From Planctomycetota bacterium (lineage in GTDB: Bacteria; Planctomycetota; UBA1135; UBA2386), in assembly GCA_028281765.1 (NCBI GenBank), contig JANQJF010000004.1, positions 26,384 to 90,383 on the forward strand: 64,000 nt of DNA. Direction: 5' to 3'. Both the position numbers and the translations under genes were made by a program. Shown piece after piece: positions 16,868 through 24,486 of the stretch (positions within the stretch are counted from its first letter, which is position 1; each line of letters begins with the position of its first letter). The notes under the pieces are model-generated. The model searched no databases. It was not told the origin of the DNA and worked only from the letters and a program-made list of their open reading frames with translations.

Positions 16868-19522
16868 CTACCCGGCGAGCATCGCGGTCGCCCGCTCGAC
16901 GGCCTCGGCCAGCCGGCCGGCGTCCTTGCCCTTGCCCTGCGCCATCTCCGGCTTGCCGCCACCCCCGCCGCCGAGGATCCCGGCGCATTCCTTGACGATC
17001 GCTCCGGCCTGGATCCGGTCGGTCAGGTCCTTCGTCACGCCGGCCGTGACGAGCACCTCGCCGTCTCCCGGCACGAACACGACGCCCGCGAACGATTCGA
17101 GCTTCTTCTTGGCGCGGTTGAGGAGGTCCTGCGCTTCCTTCATCTGCAAGCCCGGGCACTGGAACACCACCGAGCGCCAGCCGTCCCGATCCTCAGCAGC
17201 CGCGACCAGGTCGTCGAGCGCCTTGCCGACGTCCGCCGCGGTCGCCTTCTGGAGGTCCTTCCGCAGCTTCTTCATATCGTCGACGAGCTGCGCCACGCGC
17301 GCGGAGACGTCGTCGCCGTGCTGCACCTTGAGCAGCTTCGCGATCGAGTCGAGCTGGTGCCGCTCACCGCGCGCCGCGTCGACGACCGATGCGCCGGTGA
17401 TCGCCTCGATGCGGCGCGTGCCCGCGCTGATCGCGGAGTCCGACACGATGCGGAATGAACCGATGTTGCCGGAATTCGCGACGTGCGTGCCGCCGCAGAG
17501 CTCCTTCGAGTACTCGCCGACGGAGAGCGTGCGCACTTCGTCGCCGTACTTTTCGCCGAACATCGCGACGAAGCCGGCTTCGCGCGCCTCGTCGAGTCCA
17601 CGAATCTTCGCGACGACCGGCTCGGCATCCATGACGACGCCATTCACCTGATCCTCGATCCGGCTGAGCTCCTCGTCGGAGAGCCGTTCGCCGTGCGTGT
17701 AGTCGAAGCGGAGACGCTCCGGCGAGACTTCGGAGCCGGCTTGGCTGACGTGCTCTCCGACGACGTTTTTGAGCGCCGCGTGCAGCAGGTGCGTCGCCGT
17801 GTGATTGCGTTCCGTGGATCGACGCGCGGACGCGTCGACTTGCATCCGCACGGACGCGCCGCGCTTGAGCGTGCCCTCGCGCACCTTCGCCGTGTGCAGG
17901 TAGTACCCGTCGAGCGACGCGTTGCTGCTGACGTCGACCACGACGCCATCACCCTGGATCGTGCCGCAGTCCCCGACCTGACCGCCGCCTTGCGCGTAGA
18001 ACGGGGACGTGTCGACGACGACCTTGCACTCCGTGCCGGCCGACGCCTCCTCGAGCAGCGCGTCTCCTTCTCCGAGGATCGCGAGCACGGTCGCGGACGC
18101 TTCGAGGGCGTCGTATCCGACGAAGGTCGTGGTGGCCAATCCGCGATCCCGCATCGCCATCGCCGCGTTCTCGGCGAACACCGCGTCGCTCGTCGCGGAC
18201 GCCGCGCGCGCGCGCTCGCGCTGCGCGTTCATCGCCGCCTCGAACTCCGCCTCGTCGAGCGTGACGCCGTGGTCCGCGAGCACGACGCGGGTGATGTCGA
18301 CCGGGAACCCGAACGTGTCGTGCAGCTCGAACGCGAACTCTCCGGTCCGGTTGGCAGAGCTGCGCTCCTGCGGCAGGTCCGCGACGAACCGATCGAGACG
18401 CTGCATACCCTGGCGGTAGACCGTCGCGAAGCCCTCCTCTTCGCTCTTGATCAGCGAACGACACTGCGCCGCGTGCTCGCGCACTTCCGGGTACGCGTCG
18501 CCCATGACTTCGCCCACGACGTCGACCATACCCGCGAGGAACCCCGGCTCGAGGCCGAGGTCGAAGCCGTCGCGCGCCGCGCGGCGCAGGATTTTGCGCA
18601 CGACGTAGCCGCGACCTTCGTTGCTCGGCAACGCGCCATCCGCGATGCAGAACACGACCGCGCGTATGTGGTCGCTGATGCGACGCATGCGCACGTCGTC
18701 GGTGGCGTCCTTGCCGTACTGCTTGCCCGACTTCTCGGACAGGTGCGCGAGGTACGGCTGGAACAGGTCGGTCTCGAAGTTGTTCGGGACCTGGGCCAGC
18801 ACCGCGGAGACGCGCTCGAGGCCGAGCCCGACGTCGATGTTCTTCTGCGGCAGCGGATCGAGCTGGCCGCCGTCCTTGCGTTCGAACTGCGTGAACACGC
18901 AGTTGCCGATCTCGGTGAAGCGATCGCCGGGAAGGTCTTCGAGGCCTTCGTTCGACGGATACGGCTGGTCCGGCGCGTTGTCGTAGTAGATCTCGGAGCA
19001 CGGACCACACGGACCGTTCGGCCCCTTGCTCGGCGCCGACGCGGGCCAGAAGTTCTCCTTCTCGCCGAAGCGGTAGATCCGCTCCTCGGGCACGCCGATG
19101 TCGTCACGCCAGATCGCATACGCCTCCTCGTCGTCCTCGTAGACCGTGACGACGAGGTTCTTCTCCGGGATGCCGAGCTCCTTGGAGAAGAAGTCCCACT
19201 CCCAGCGGATGCACTCCTTCTTGAAGTACTCGCCGAACGAGAAGTTGCCGAGCATCTCGAAGAACGTGTGGTGCCGCGGCGTCAGCCCGACGTGCTCGAG
19301 ATCCGGCACGCGCAGGCACTTTTGCGACGTCGTGATCCGCTTGTGCGGCAGCTTGCCCCGCCCGAGGAACATGTCCTTGAACTGGTTCATGCCGGCACCC
19401 GTGAACAGCAGCGTCGGATCGTCCGACGGGATCAGCGAGTCGGACGGGTAGCGCGCATGGCCCTGCTTCTCGAAGAAGCTCAGGAAGCGTTCGCGGATCT
19501 CGGCGGTGGGAAGGGGTTGCAT
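16868..19522 (-). CDS. alaS: Alanine--tRNA ligase
   Basis: Motifs IRERFLSFFEKQGH, FTGAGMNQFK, HHTFFEMLGNFSFGDYFK-like, editing domain HTATHLLH, and C-terminal GGGGGKPEMAQG. Start trimmed to ATG 19522 (MQPLPTAEIR). Confidence 0.95.
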   Translation of the reverse strand: MQPLPTAEIRERFLSFFEKQGHARYPSDSLIPSDDPTLLFTGAGMNQFKDMFLGRGKLPHKRITTSQKCLRVPDLEHVGLTPRHHTFFEMLGNFSFGEYFKKECIRWEWDFFSKELGIPEKNLVVTVYEDDEEAYAIWRDDIGVPEERIYRFGEKENFWPASAPSKGPNGPCGPCSEIYYDNAPDQPYPSNEGLEDLPGDRFTEIGNCVFTQFERKDGGQLDPLPQKNIDVGLGLERVSAVLAQVPNNFETDLFQPYLAHLSEKSGKQYGKDATDDVRMRRISDHIRAVVFCIADGALPSNEGRGYVVRKILRRAARDGFDLGLEPGFLAGMVDVVGEVMGDAYPEVREHAAQCRSLIKSEEEGFATVYRQGMQRLDRFVADLPQERSSANRTGEFAFELHDTFGFPVDITRVVLADHGVTLDEAEFEAAMNAQRERARAASATSDAVFAENAAMAMRDRGLATTTFVGYDALEASATVLAILGEGDALLEEASAGTECKVVVDTSPFYAQGGGQVGDCGTIQGDGVVVDVSSNASLDGYYLHTAKVREGTLKRGASVRMQVDASARRSTERNHTATHLLHAALKNVVGEHVSQAGSEVSPERLRFDYTHGERLSDEELSRIEDQVNGVVMDAEPVVAKIRGLDEAREAGFVAMFGEKYGDEVRTLSVGEYSKELCGGTHVANSGNIGSFRIVSDSAISAGTRRIEAITGASVVDAARGERHQLDSIAKLLKVQHGDDVSARVAQLVDDMKKLRKDLQKATAADVGKALDDLVAAAEDRDGWRSVVFQCPGLQMKEAQDLLNRAKKKLESFAGVVFVPGDGEVLVTAGVTKDLTDRIQAGAIVKECAGILGGGGGGKPEMAQGKGKDAGRLAEAVERATAMLAG

Positions 19523-19592
19523 GGGCGGTTGTTTACCGCCTGCAGTGGTCACGCGCAAAGCGCGGACCACTGCAGGCAGTAAACAACCGCCC
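19523..19592 (-). promoter_or_regulatory. 70-nt hairpin (33 bp, 1 mismatch, 1 bulge, 3-nt loop) directly abutting the alaS start codon
   Basis: On the mRNA strand: GGGCGGTTGTTTACTGCCTGCAGTGGTCCGCGC-TTT-GCGCGTGACCACTGCAGGCGGTAAACAACCGCCC-ATG. There is no U-tract. It lies between the recA stop and the alaS ATG. Confidence 0.6.
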
Positions 19593-19596
19593 ACCG

Positions 19597-19640
19597 TGCC
19601 AGTGCCCGTGCCTGCCCGTGCCTGCCCGCGCCCGCGTTCC
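19597..19640. repeat. Short tandem GC-rich decamers (gcccgtgcct x2, gcccgcgccc) just downstream of recA
   Basis: The sequence is tgccagtGCCCGTGCCTGCCCGTGCCTGCCCGCGCCCgcgttcc. It shares the GCCCGTG motif with the repeats at 20930-21045 and 26466-26597. Confidence 0.6.
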
Positions 19641-19654
19641 GCCCCGGGCCCGAC

Positions 19655-20812
19655 CTACGCCCCGGCCACCCGATTCGCCGCGGGCGCCTTCGCCGCACCC
19701 CGCGCCGCCGCCCCGTTCTTCGCAGCACCCTTCGCTGCCTCGGGCTTGGCCTCGGCCGCATCCTCCGCCGCCGGCTGCTGCACATGCGGCGCCAACTTCC
19801 CGAGAATCAGCCGTCGCACTTCTTCCGCGACCTCCGGATTCTCGATCAGGAACTCCCGCGCCCGCTCACGCCCTTGGCCGAGTCGCTGGTCGCCGTAGCT
19901 CAGCCAGGTGCCGCTGCGCTTGAGCACGCCACACTCGACGCCCATGTCGAGGATCTCGCCGAGGTAGTTGATGCCCTGGTTGAACAGGATGTCGAACTCG
20001 GTCTTGCGGAACGGCGGCGCGACCTTGTTCTTGACGACGGTGGCCTTCGTGCGCGCGCCGATCGGCTGGTCGCCGCTCTTGAGCTGGCCGATGCGCCGGA
20101 TGTCGACACGGACCGAAGAGTAGAACTTCAGCGCGCGACCACCGGTCGTGGTCTCCGGGCTACCGAACATGACGCCGATCTTCTCGCGGATCTGGTTGAT
20201 GAAGATCAGGCAGGTGTTCGTGCGGGCGACGAGACCCGTCAGCTTCCGCAGCGCCTGACTCATCAGGCGGGCGTGCAGACCGACGAAGGAATCGCCCATC
20301 TCACCCTCGATTTCGGCCTTCGGCACGAGCGCCGCGACCGAGTCGATGACGATCACCGACAGCGCCCCGGACCGGACCAGGGTCTCGCAGATGTCGAGGG
20401 CCTGCTCGCCGTTGTCTGGTTGCGAGATCAGCAGCGACTCGAGGTCGACGCCAAGCTTCTTCGCGTACTGCGGATCGAGCGCGTGCTCCGCGTCGATGAA
20501 CGCCGCGATGCCACCCTGCTTCTGGGCATTCGCGACCACGTGCAGCGTGAGCGTCGTCTTGCCGGACGACTCCGGGCCGTAGACCTCGACGACGCGGCCC
20601 TTCGGCAGACCCCAGCCCCCGACCGCGAGGTCGAGACCGAGCGATCCGGTAGAAATGCCCTGCACCGGGACGACGGTGCCGTCCCCGAGCCGCATGATGC
20701 TGCCCTTGCCGTAGGACTTCTCGATCGAGGCGAGCGCGTCGTTCAGGGCTTCGGGGTTCTCGTCGCCGACGTGAAGCGCCTTTGCGCCGCTGCCTTTCGC
20801 CATCTTGGCCAT
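19655..20812 (-). CDS. recA: Recombinase RecA, with an Ala/Lys-rich C-terminal tail
   Basis: Motifs [16 protein letters not shown], Walker [46 protein letters not shown]. Start ATG 20812 (alternative 20803). Confidence 0.95.
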   Translation of the reverse strand: MAKMAKGSGAKALHVGDENPEALNDALASIEKSYGKGSIMRLGDGTVVPVQGISTGSLGLDLAVGGWGLPKGRVVEVYGPESSGKTTLTLHVVANAQKQGGIAAFIDAEHALDPQYAKKLGVDLESLLISQPDNGEQALDICETLVRSGALSVIVIDSVAALVPKAEIEGEMGDSFVGLHARLMSQALRKLTGLVARTNTCLIFINQIREKIGVMFGSPETTTGGRALKFYSSVRVDIRRIGQLKSGDQPIGARTKATVVKNKVAPPFRKTEFDILFNQGINYLGEILDMGVECGVLKRSGTWLSYGDQRLGQGRERAREFLIENPEVAEEVRRLILGKLAPHVQQPAAEDAAEAKPEAAKGAAKNGAAARGAAKAPAANRVAGA

Positions 20813-20879
20813 CGCTGGATGCCTTCCGCCCTCCCTAAGGGCTGTTGGAGTCTGTGTTCGTTTGTTGGGGAATGACCCT

Positions 20880-20912
20880 AACGGAAAACCGAACAAAAAC
20901 CAAACAAAAGGT
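20880..20912 (-). promoter_or_regulatory. A-rich 11-bp periodic direct repeat upstream of recA (GAAC-N7-GAAC/AAAC-like; candidate SOS box or UTR element)
   Basis: Plus strand: AACGGAAAACC GAACAAAAACC AAACAAAAGGT. This is the only strongly AT-rich tract in the recA upstream region. Confidence 0.25.
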
Positions 20913-20929
20913 CCGGAGCAGACGCGTGG

Positions 20930-21045
20930 CCCGTGGAACGACCCGTGGAACGTGAACGGGCCCGTGCCCGTGTCCGAAAACGTGTGCCGCTCCGTTTTCG
21001 GGCACGGACACGGGCCCGTTCACGTTCCACGGGTCGTTCCACGGG
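20930..21045. repeat. 116-bp near-perfect palindrome (53-nt arms, 2 mismatches, 10-nt loop)
   Basis: Left arm cccgtggaacgacccgtggaacgtgaacgggcccgtgcccgtgtccgaaaacg, loop tgtgccgctc, right arm cgttttcgggcacggacacgggcccgttcacgttccacgggtcgttccacggg. It is intergenic, between the enolase-family stop and the recA upstream region. Confidence 0.9.
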
Positions 21046-21066
21046 TCGCGGGAATCGGACCGGTAG

Positions 21067-22473
21067 TCACGCGATGGGCTCGCGTGCCTCGCAGTCGATC
21101 GGCCCCGCGTAGCCGAAACCCTCGCACTGCAGCGAGTGCAGGTCCAGCTTGCCGCTCCGCACGCGTAGTCGCGCCCCACCCCCGTCGAACTCCTCATACA
21201 GCGATCCGTGCCGCGCCAGAGCCTCCCCCACCTCCGACTCCGGCAGGTGATCCAACCCTCGGAAGTAGTGGTGCCCGTTCCGCTCGACGTGCTCGAAGCC
21301 GAACGCCGCGACCGTCGCCAGGTCCTGATTCAGCGCGAGGATGCCCATGTTCGTCAGGTCTTCCCCCGCCTGGAAACACCCGTCGTCCCACACCTCGCAC
21401 AGCGCCTTGTTCGCGAGCGCGCGGAACACGCCCTTGCAGTTCTTGACCGAGATGCCGCGATACCCGAGGTCGCGCGCGCGCGGCAGCGAGTCGAGGCCGC
21501 TGTCCGCCTCGTCGATGATCACCGGCGCGAAGTCCGTGACCTGCGCGATGTCCTTGCAGCTGTCCGGGTCGAACGTCGCGACCCGCGACAGCGGTTGCTC
21601 GACGTAGAGCAAACCGTCGAGCAGATACCGCCCGCGCTCGTCGTCACGCAGCCGGTGTAGCAGTTCGGCGAGGGTCGCGAACTCCGGATACTGCTCGTTG
21701 CCGTCAAGCGTGAAAGTCGCACCCGCACCGACGTCTTCGCGCAGCACGTCCGCGATCGCGCACAGCCGCGCGAAGTCCGGCTCGACGCCGGAGCCGATCT
21801 TGATCTTGAAGCAGCGCAGACCGTACTCCCGGATGTCCTCTTCGAGCGCCTGCGGCAGACCGTCCTCGAGGCGGTTGTCGGGCTCGATGTCCGCGACGCG
21901 GAGCGGGTCGAGCATCCCGACGGTGTGGCGTAGCAGAACGTTCTGCGCGGGCGCGTCGGGCAGGTGGTCCGCGAGTGAGTAACTCGCGAGCTCGGGATGC
22001 AGCAGACCCGGGTCGAACCCGAGGTCATCGCACTTCAGCGCCGCGAAGAACGACTTCCCGAGCGCGCGACACGTCGCGTCGATCAACGCGCGCTCGACGA
22101 GCGCCGTGCCGTAGCCGCGCACGAGCCGGTCAGGCGCGTTCCATTCGCAGCCATCGACGAGCTCGCGATACATCCGCCACCAGTGGCCGAACACGGTGTC
22201 CTCACCGCTCGCGCGGAGCGTCGCCGCGGCGCGTTGCGAACTCGCGATCAGGTTCGCGACGTCCTCGGCGACCGACTTGGCGGGATCCTTCTCGAACCAC
22301 TTCGGAACCGCGAGATCGGACGCGAACCCTTCGCTCGTGCCGACGTCGCTCTCGATCGTCACGCGCGCCGTGCACGTCACGGCGTCGCGCAGCGTAACGG
22401 CACCGAAACGAAACGGCACGCGCGTGCGGCAGTCGCTGCGGAAGAGATCGACGGCGGTGATGCGGACGTTCAC
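21067..22473 (-). CDS. Enolase-superfamily enzyme (muconate-lactonizing / dipeptide-epimerase-like subgroup)
   Basis: Motifs FKIKIG (KxK), TLDGNEQY, YVEQPL, IIDEADSG, ISVKNCKG, which match the metal-ligand and acid-base pattern of the MLE subgroup. GTG start. At 468 aa it is longer than typical family members. Confidence 0.7.
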   Translation of the reverse strand: MNVRITAVDLFRSDCRTRVPFRFGAVTLRDAVTCTARVTIESDVGTSEGFASDLAVPKWFEKDPAKSVAEDVANLIASSQRAAATLRASGEDTVFGHWWRMYRELVDGCEWNAPDRLVRGYGTALVERALIDATCRALGKSFFAALKCDDLGFDPGLLHPELASYSLADHLPDAPAQNVLLRHTVGMLDPLRVADIEPDNRLEDGLPQALEEDIREYGLRCFKIKIGSGVEPDFARLCAIADVLREDVGAGATFTLDGNEQYPEFATLAELLHRLRDDERGRYLLDGLLYVEQPLSRVATFDPDSCKDIAQVTDFAPVIIDEADSGLDSLPRARDLGYRGISVKNCKGVFRALANKALCEVWDDGCFQAGEDLTNMGILALNQDLATVAAFGFEHVERNGHHYFRGLDHLPESEVGEALARHGSLYEEFDGGGARLRVRSGKLDLHSLQCEGFGYAGPIDCEAREPIA

Positions 22474-22480
22474 GGCGTCG

Positions 22481-22486
22481 GTTGTA
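22481..22486 (-). promoter_or_regulatory. -10-like hexamer TACAAC, 7 nt upstream of GTG 22473
   Basis: Minus strand: cccTACAACcgacgccGTGaac. Confidence 0.35.
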
Positions 22487-22510
22487 GGGTGCGGCGCGCG
22501 CGCTGCGAGA

Positions 22511-22528
22511 TCGAACTGCTACAATCCG
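22511..22528 (+). promoter_or_regulatory. Conserved 18-mer with -10-like TACAAT (copy 1), 41 nt upstream of ATG 22567
   Basis: TCGAACTGCTACAATCCG is identical in both cassette copies. A GGAG lies 12-13 nt before the ATG. No clear -35 is present. Confidence 0.35.
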
Positions 22529-22566
22529 AAGGTCGTTCAGTCGGAATCCAGGAGCGCGATTCCCCC

Positions 22567-22791
22567 ATGGGTGTGCATCCGAATCAAATCAAGGAGCTGC
22601 TCACGCGGCAGCCGTTCCAGCCCTTCGTGGTCCATCTCGCCGATGGCCGCGAGTTCACGGTGCCCCATCCTGAGTTTGCGTGGCTCCCACCGACGGGCCG
22701 GACGCTCTACGTCGAAGAATACGAAGAGTTCGTCCAACGGATCGACACGATGCTCGTGAGCAGCGTGTCGCATCCAGCCACTCACGACTGA
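22567..22791 (+). CDS. Hypothetical 74-aa protein (paralog 1 of tandem pair)
   Basis: MGVHPNQIKELLTRQPFQPFVVHLADGREFTVPHPEFAWLPPTGRTLYV.. is about 55-60 percent identical to the next ORF. Conservation at the protein level supports coding. I recognise no family. Confidence 0.65.
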   Translation: MGVHPNQIKELLTRQPFQPFVVHLADGREFTVPHPEFAWLPPTGRTLYVEEYEEFVQRIDTMLVSSVSHPATHD

Positions 22792-22806
22792 TTCCGAGCC
22801 GCGAAG

Positions 22807-22824
22807 TCGAACTGCTACAATCCG
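22807..22824 (+). promoter_or_regulatory. Conserved 18-mer with -10-like TACAAT (copy 2), 41 nt upstream of ATG 22863
   Basis: Identical to the 22511-22528 copy. Confidence 0.35.
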
Positions 22825-22862
22825 CGGATCGTCCGTTCGGAATCCCGGAGTGCCGTTCCCCG

Positions 22863-23087
22863 ATGGGTATGCAAGTCGATCAGATCCGAGAGTCGCTGAA
22901 GCGCAAACCGTTCCAACCGTTCCTCGTCCACCTCGCCGATGGCCGACGCTTCGCGGTGCCCCATCCCGAGTTCGCGTGGTTGATCCCGAACGGCCGGTCG
23001 CTGTTCGTCGTAGAGCGAGAGGAATACGTGCACCGGATCGACACGATGCTCGTGACGAGCGTGTCGGATCCGATGCCCGAGGAATGA
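22863..23087 (+). CDS. Hypothetical 74-aa protein (paralog 2 of tandem pair)
   Basis: MGMQVDQIRESLKRKPFQPFLVHLADGRRFAVPHPEFAWLIPNGRSLFV..RIDTMLVTSVSDP has the same length and register as paralog 1. Confidence 0.65.
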   Translation: MGMQVDQIRESLKRKPFQPFLVHLADGRRFAVPHPEFAWLIPNGRSLFVVEREEYVHRIDTMLVTSVSDPMPEE

Positions 23088-23268
23088 CCTGCAGTGTGAG
23101 TCCCTAGTGTCCCTCGCCTGAAGTCCGTAGCGAAAGTTGCCGCGTCAGTCGATTCGCGCGCAAGGCGCTGCGACGACACGGCTTGTCAGTGGACAAGTTG
23201 AGGAGCAGCAACGCAGCGAGCGGGTCGAATGGCCGGTTACCTATGATGCGGACTTCGGACGCGGGGCA

Positions 23269-24429
23269 CTAGAGACCCACCTGCGCCACGAGCGCCGGAC
23301 TCAGCTCGACGGTTGGAGCGTTCGCGACGATCCCCTGCAAAGTGACGTACACGCACATCAACGTGCTCGACCCGGAGATCGGCAGACTGACGACCGGCGA
23401 CGTTCCGGCGCCGTCGATCGTGCCAATGCCGAACGTGATGGGATTGAACGGATACAGCGTGCAGCCGCCAAATCCGACCGCGCCGAGGTCGAGGGGCTGG
23501 ACCGCACCGACTCCCAGGCTCAGGAACGCGAGCCCGCCGACCGGCGCATTCGTGAGCTGCACGTCGAGCGCACCACCGAACGCGAGCGCGCCCGTCCACG
23601 TGATGTCCAACGGGCCCGCACCGCAGCCAACGCCGAACTTGCCGACGCTGGAGCTACAAAACACGACCGGCCCGCCACCCATGATGATCGAAACGTCGGT
23701 TGCCGAGAGCGCGCTACGAAACACGCGGACGTCGTCGAGCGCACCACTCATGTGGCAGCACGCCGACTCCCGCAGGACCGCGCCGAGCGAGATCGTGTTC
23801 ATCGTGAACGGTCCGTGGTTGTCGGTCTGCGGACCGATGCCCGACGTCCGGTAGTCGAAACTCGCGGCGTCGAGCACGCCGTCGACGTAGAGCCGACCGA
23901 AGCCGGAAGTGTCGCCCCACGCGACGTGGTGCCACGTGTCATCGAACACGGTCGACGCCGAGTAGAGCTCGATCCAGACGCTCGAGTCCGTGCGAATGTA
24001 GATCTGGATTCTGTCGGTCGTGCCGTTCGACGTGCGCCCCGTGCCGATCGTGAACAGCGCGCGCTGCCCGGTCGGCGAAGGATTGGGACCTTCCGAGTAG
24101 CAGCGGCGGTCGTTCTGCGCCGGCGCCTTGACCCAGAAGGACACGGAGTAGGGCTCGCCGAATCCGCGGTATACCGGCAGCGCCGTCGGCGCATCGATCG
24201 CGACGTAGTCGTCCACGCCGTCGAACGACAGGGCGTTGCCGAACATGCCCGCCACCCACGGCGCGGCGCCGAAGTTGTAGAGCGTGCCGTCGTTACCCAG
24301 CGTGCCGGAGTCGACGGCCGTCACGCCGGCCGCCTCGTCGAGACTCCATTCGGCGAGGACCGGAGACTGGGCGAACGCACACGTGGCCAGCAGCGCGCCG
24401 ACCGAGAACGAGGAGCAGGTCGAGAGCAT
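23269..24429 (-). CDS. Secreted LamG/concanavalin-A-like lectin domain protein with C-terminal two-Cys module
   Basis: Signal peptide MLSTCSSFSVGALLATCAFAQ. LamG-type motifs GNALSFDGVDDYVAI, SVSFWVKAP, WHHVAW, LYVDGV, DDVRVF. The C-terminal ~129 aa (nt 23272-23658) carries the FGVGC..LDLGAVGFGGCTLY..Q module. Confidence 0.75.
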   Translation of the reverse strand: MLSTCSSFSVGALLATCAFAQSPVLAEWSLDEAAGVTAVDSGTLGNDGTLYNFGAAPWVAGMFGNALSFDGVDDYVAIDAPTALPVYRGFGEPYSVSFWVKAPAQNDRRCYSEGPNPSPTGQRALFTIGTGRTSNGTTDRIQIYIRTDSSVWIELYSASTVFDDTWHHVAWGDTSGFGRLYVDGVLDAASFDYRTSGIGPQTDNHGPFTMNTISLGAVLRESACCHMSGALDDVRVFRSALSATDVSIIMGGGPVVFCSSSVGKFGVGCGAGPLDITWTGALAFGGALDVQLTNAPVGGLAFLSLGVGAVQPLDLGAVGFGGCTLYPFNPITFGIGTIDGAGTSPVVSLPISGSSTLMCVYVTLQGIVANAPTVELSPALVAQVGL

Positions 24430-24486
24430 GACCGCGATCTTATCCCGATCGGGTCCGACGCGCCGTCGTCTCGGCGCTGCGCACGG

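Larger units (their letters stand above)
22509..23100 (+). repeat. Tandem duplication (2 x 296 bp) of a small-gene cassette including its upstream region
   Basis: Unit 1 spans ~22509-22804 and unit 2 ~22805-23100. Both have the identical 18-mer TCGAACTGCTACAATCCG at the same offset, and both ORFs are exactly 225 nt. The units are roughly 70 percent identical by eye. Confidence 0.85.

Noticed and set aside
17483-19582. A 699-aa ORF on the plus strand, plus several 100-350-aa ORFs in the same region.
   Set aside because: All lie inside or antisense to alaS, whose identity is unambiguous.
19597-19640. A possible CRISPR-like or minisatellite array (GCCCGTGCCT decamers).
   Set aside because: There are only 2-3 units of 10 bp with no spacers and no cas genes in the window. 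It is better explained as part of the GCCCGTG-rich intergenic repeat family.
19523-19654. A T-box leader or other riboswitch upstream of alaS.
   Set aside because: There is no specifier loop or T-box consensus (AGAGA, GNUGGNA-type) elements, and the spacer is only 132 nt, mostly occupied by one simple hairpin.
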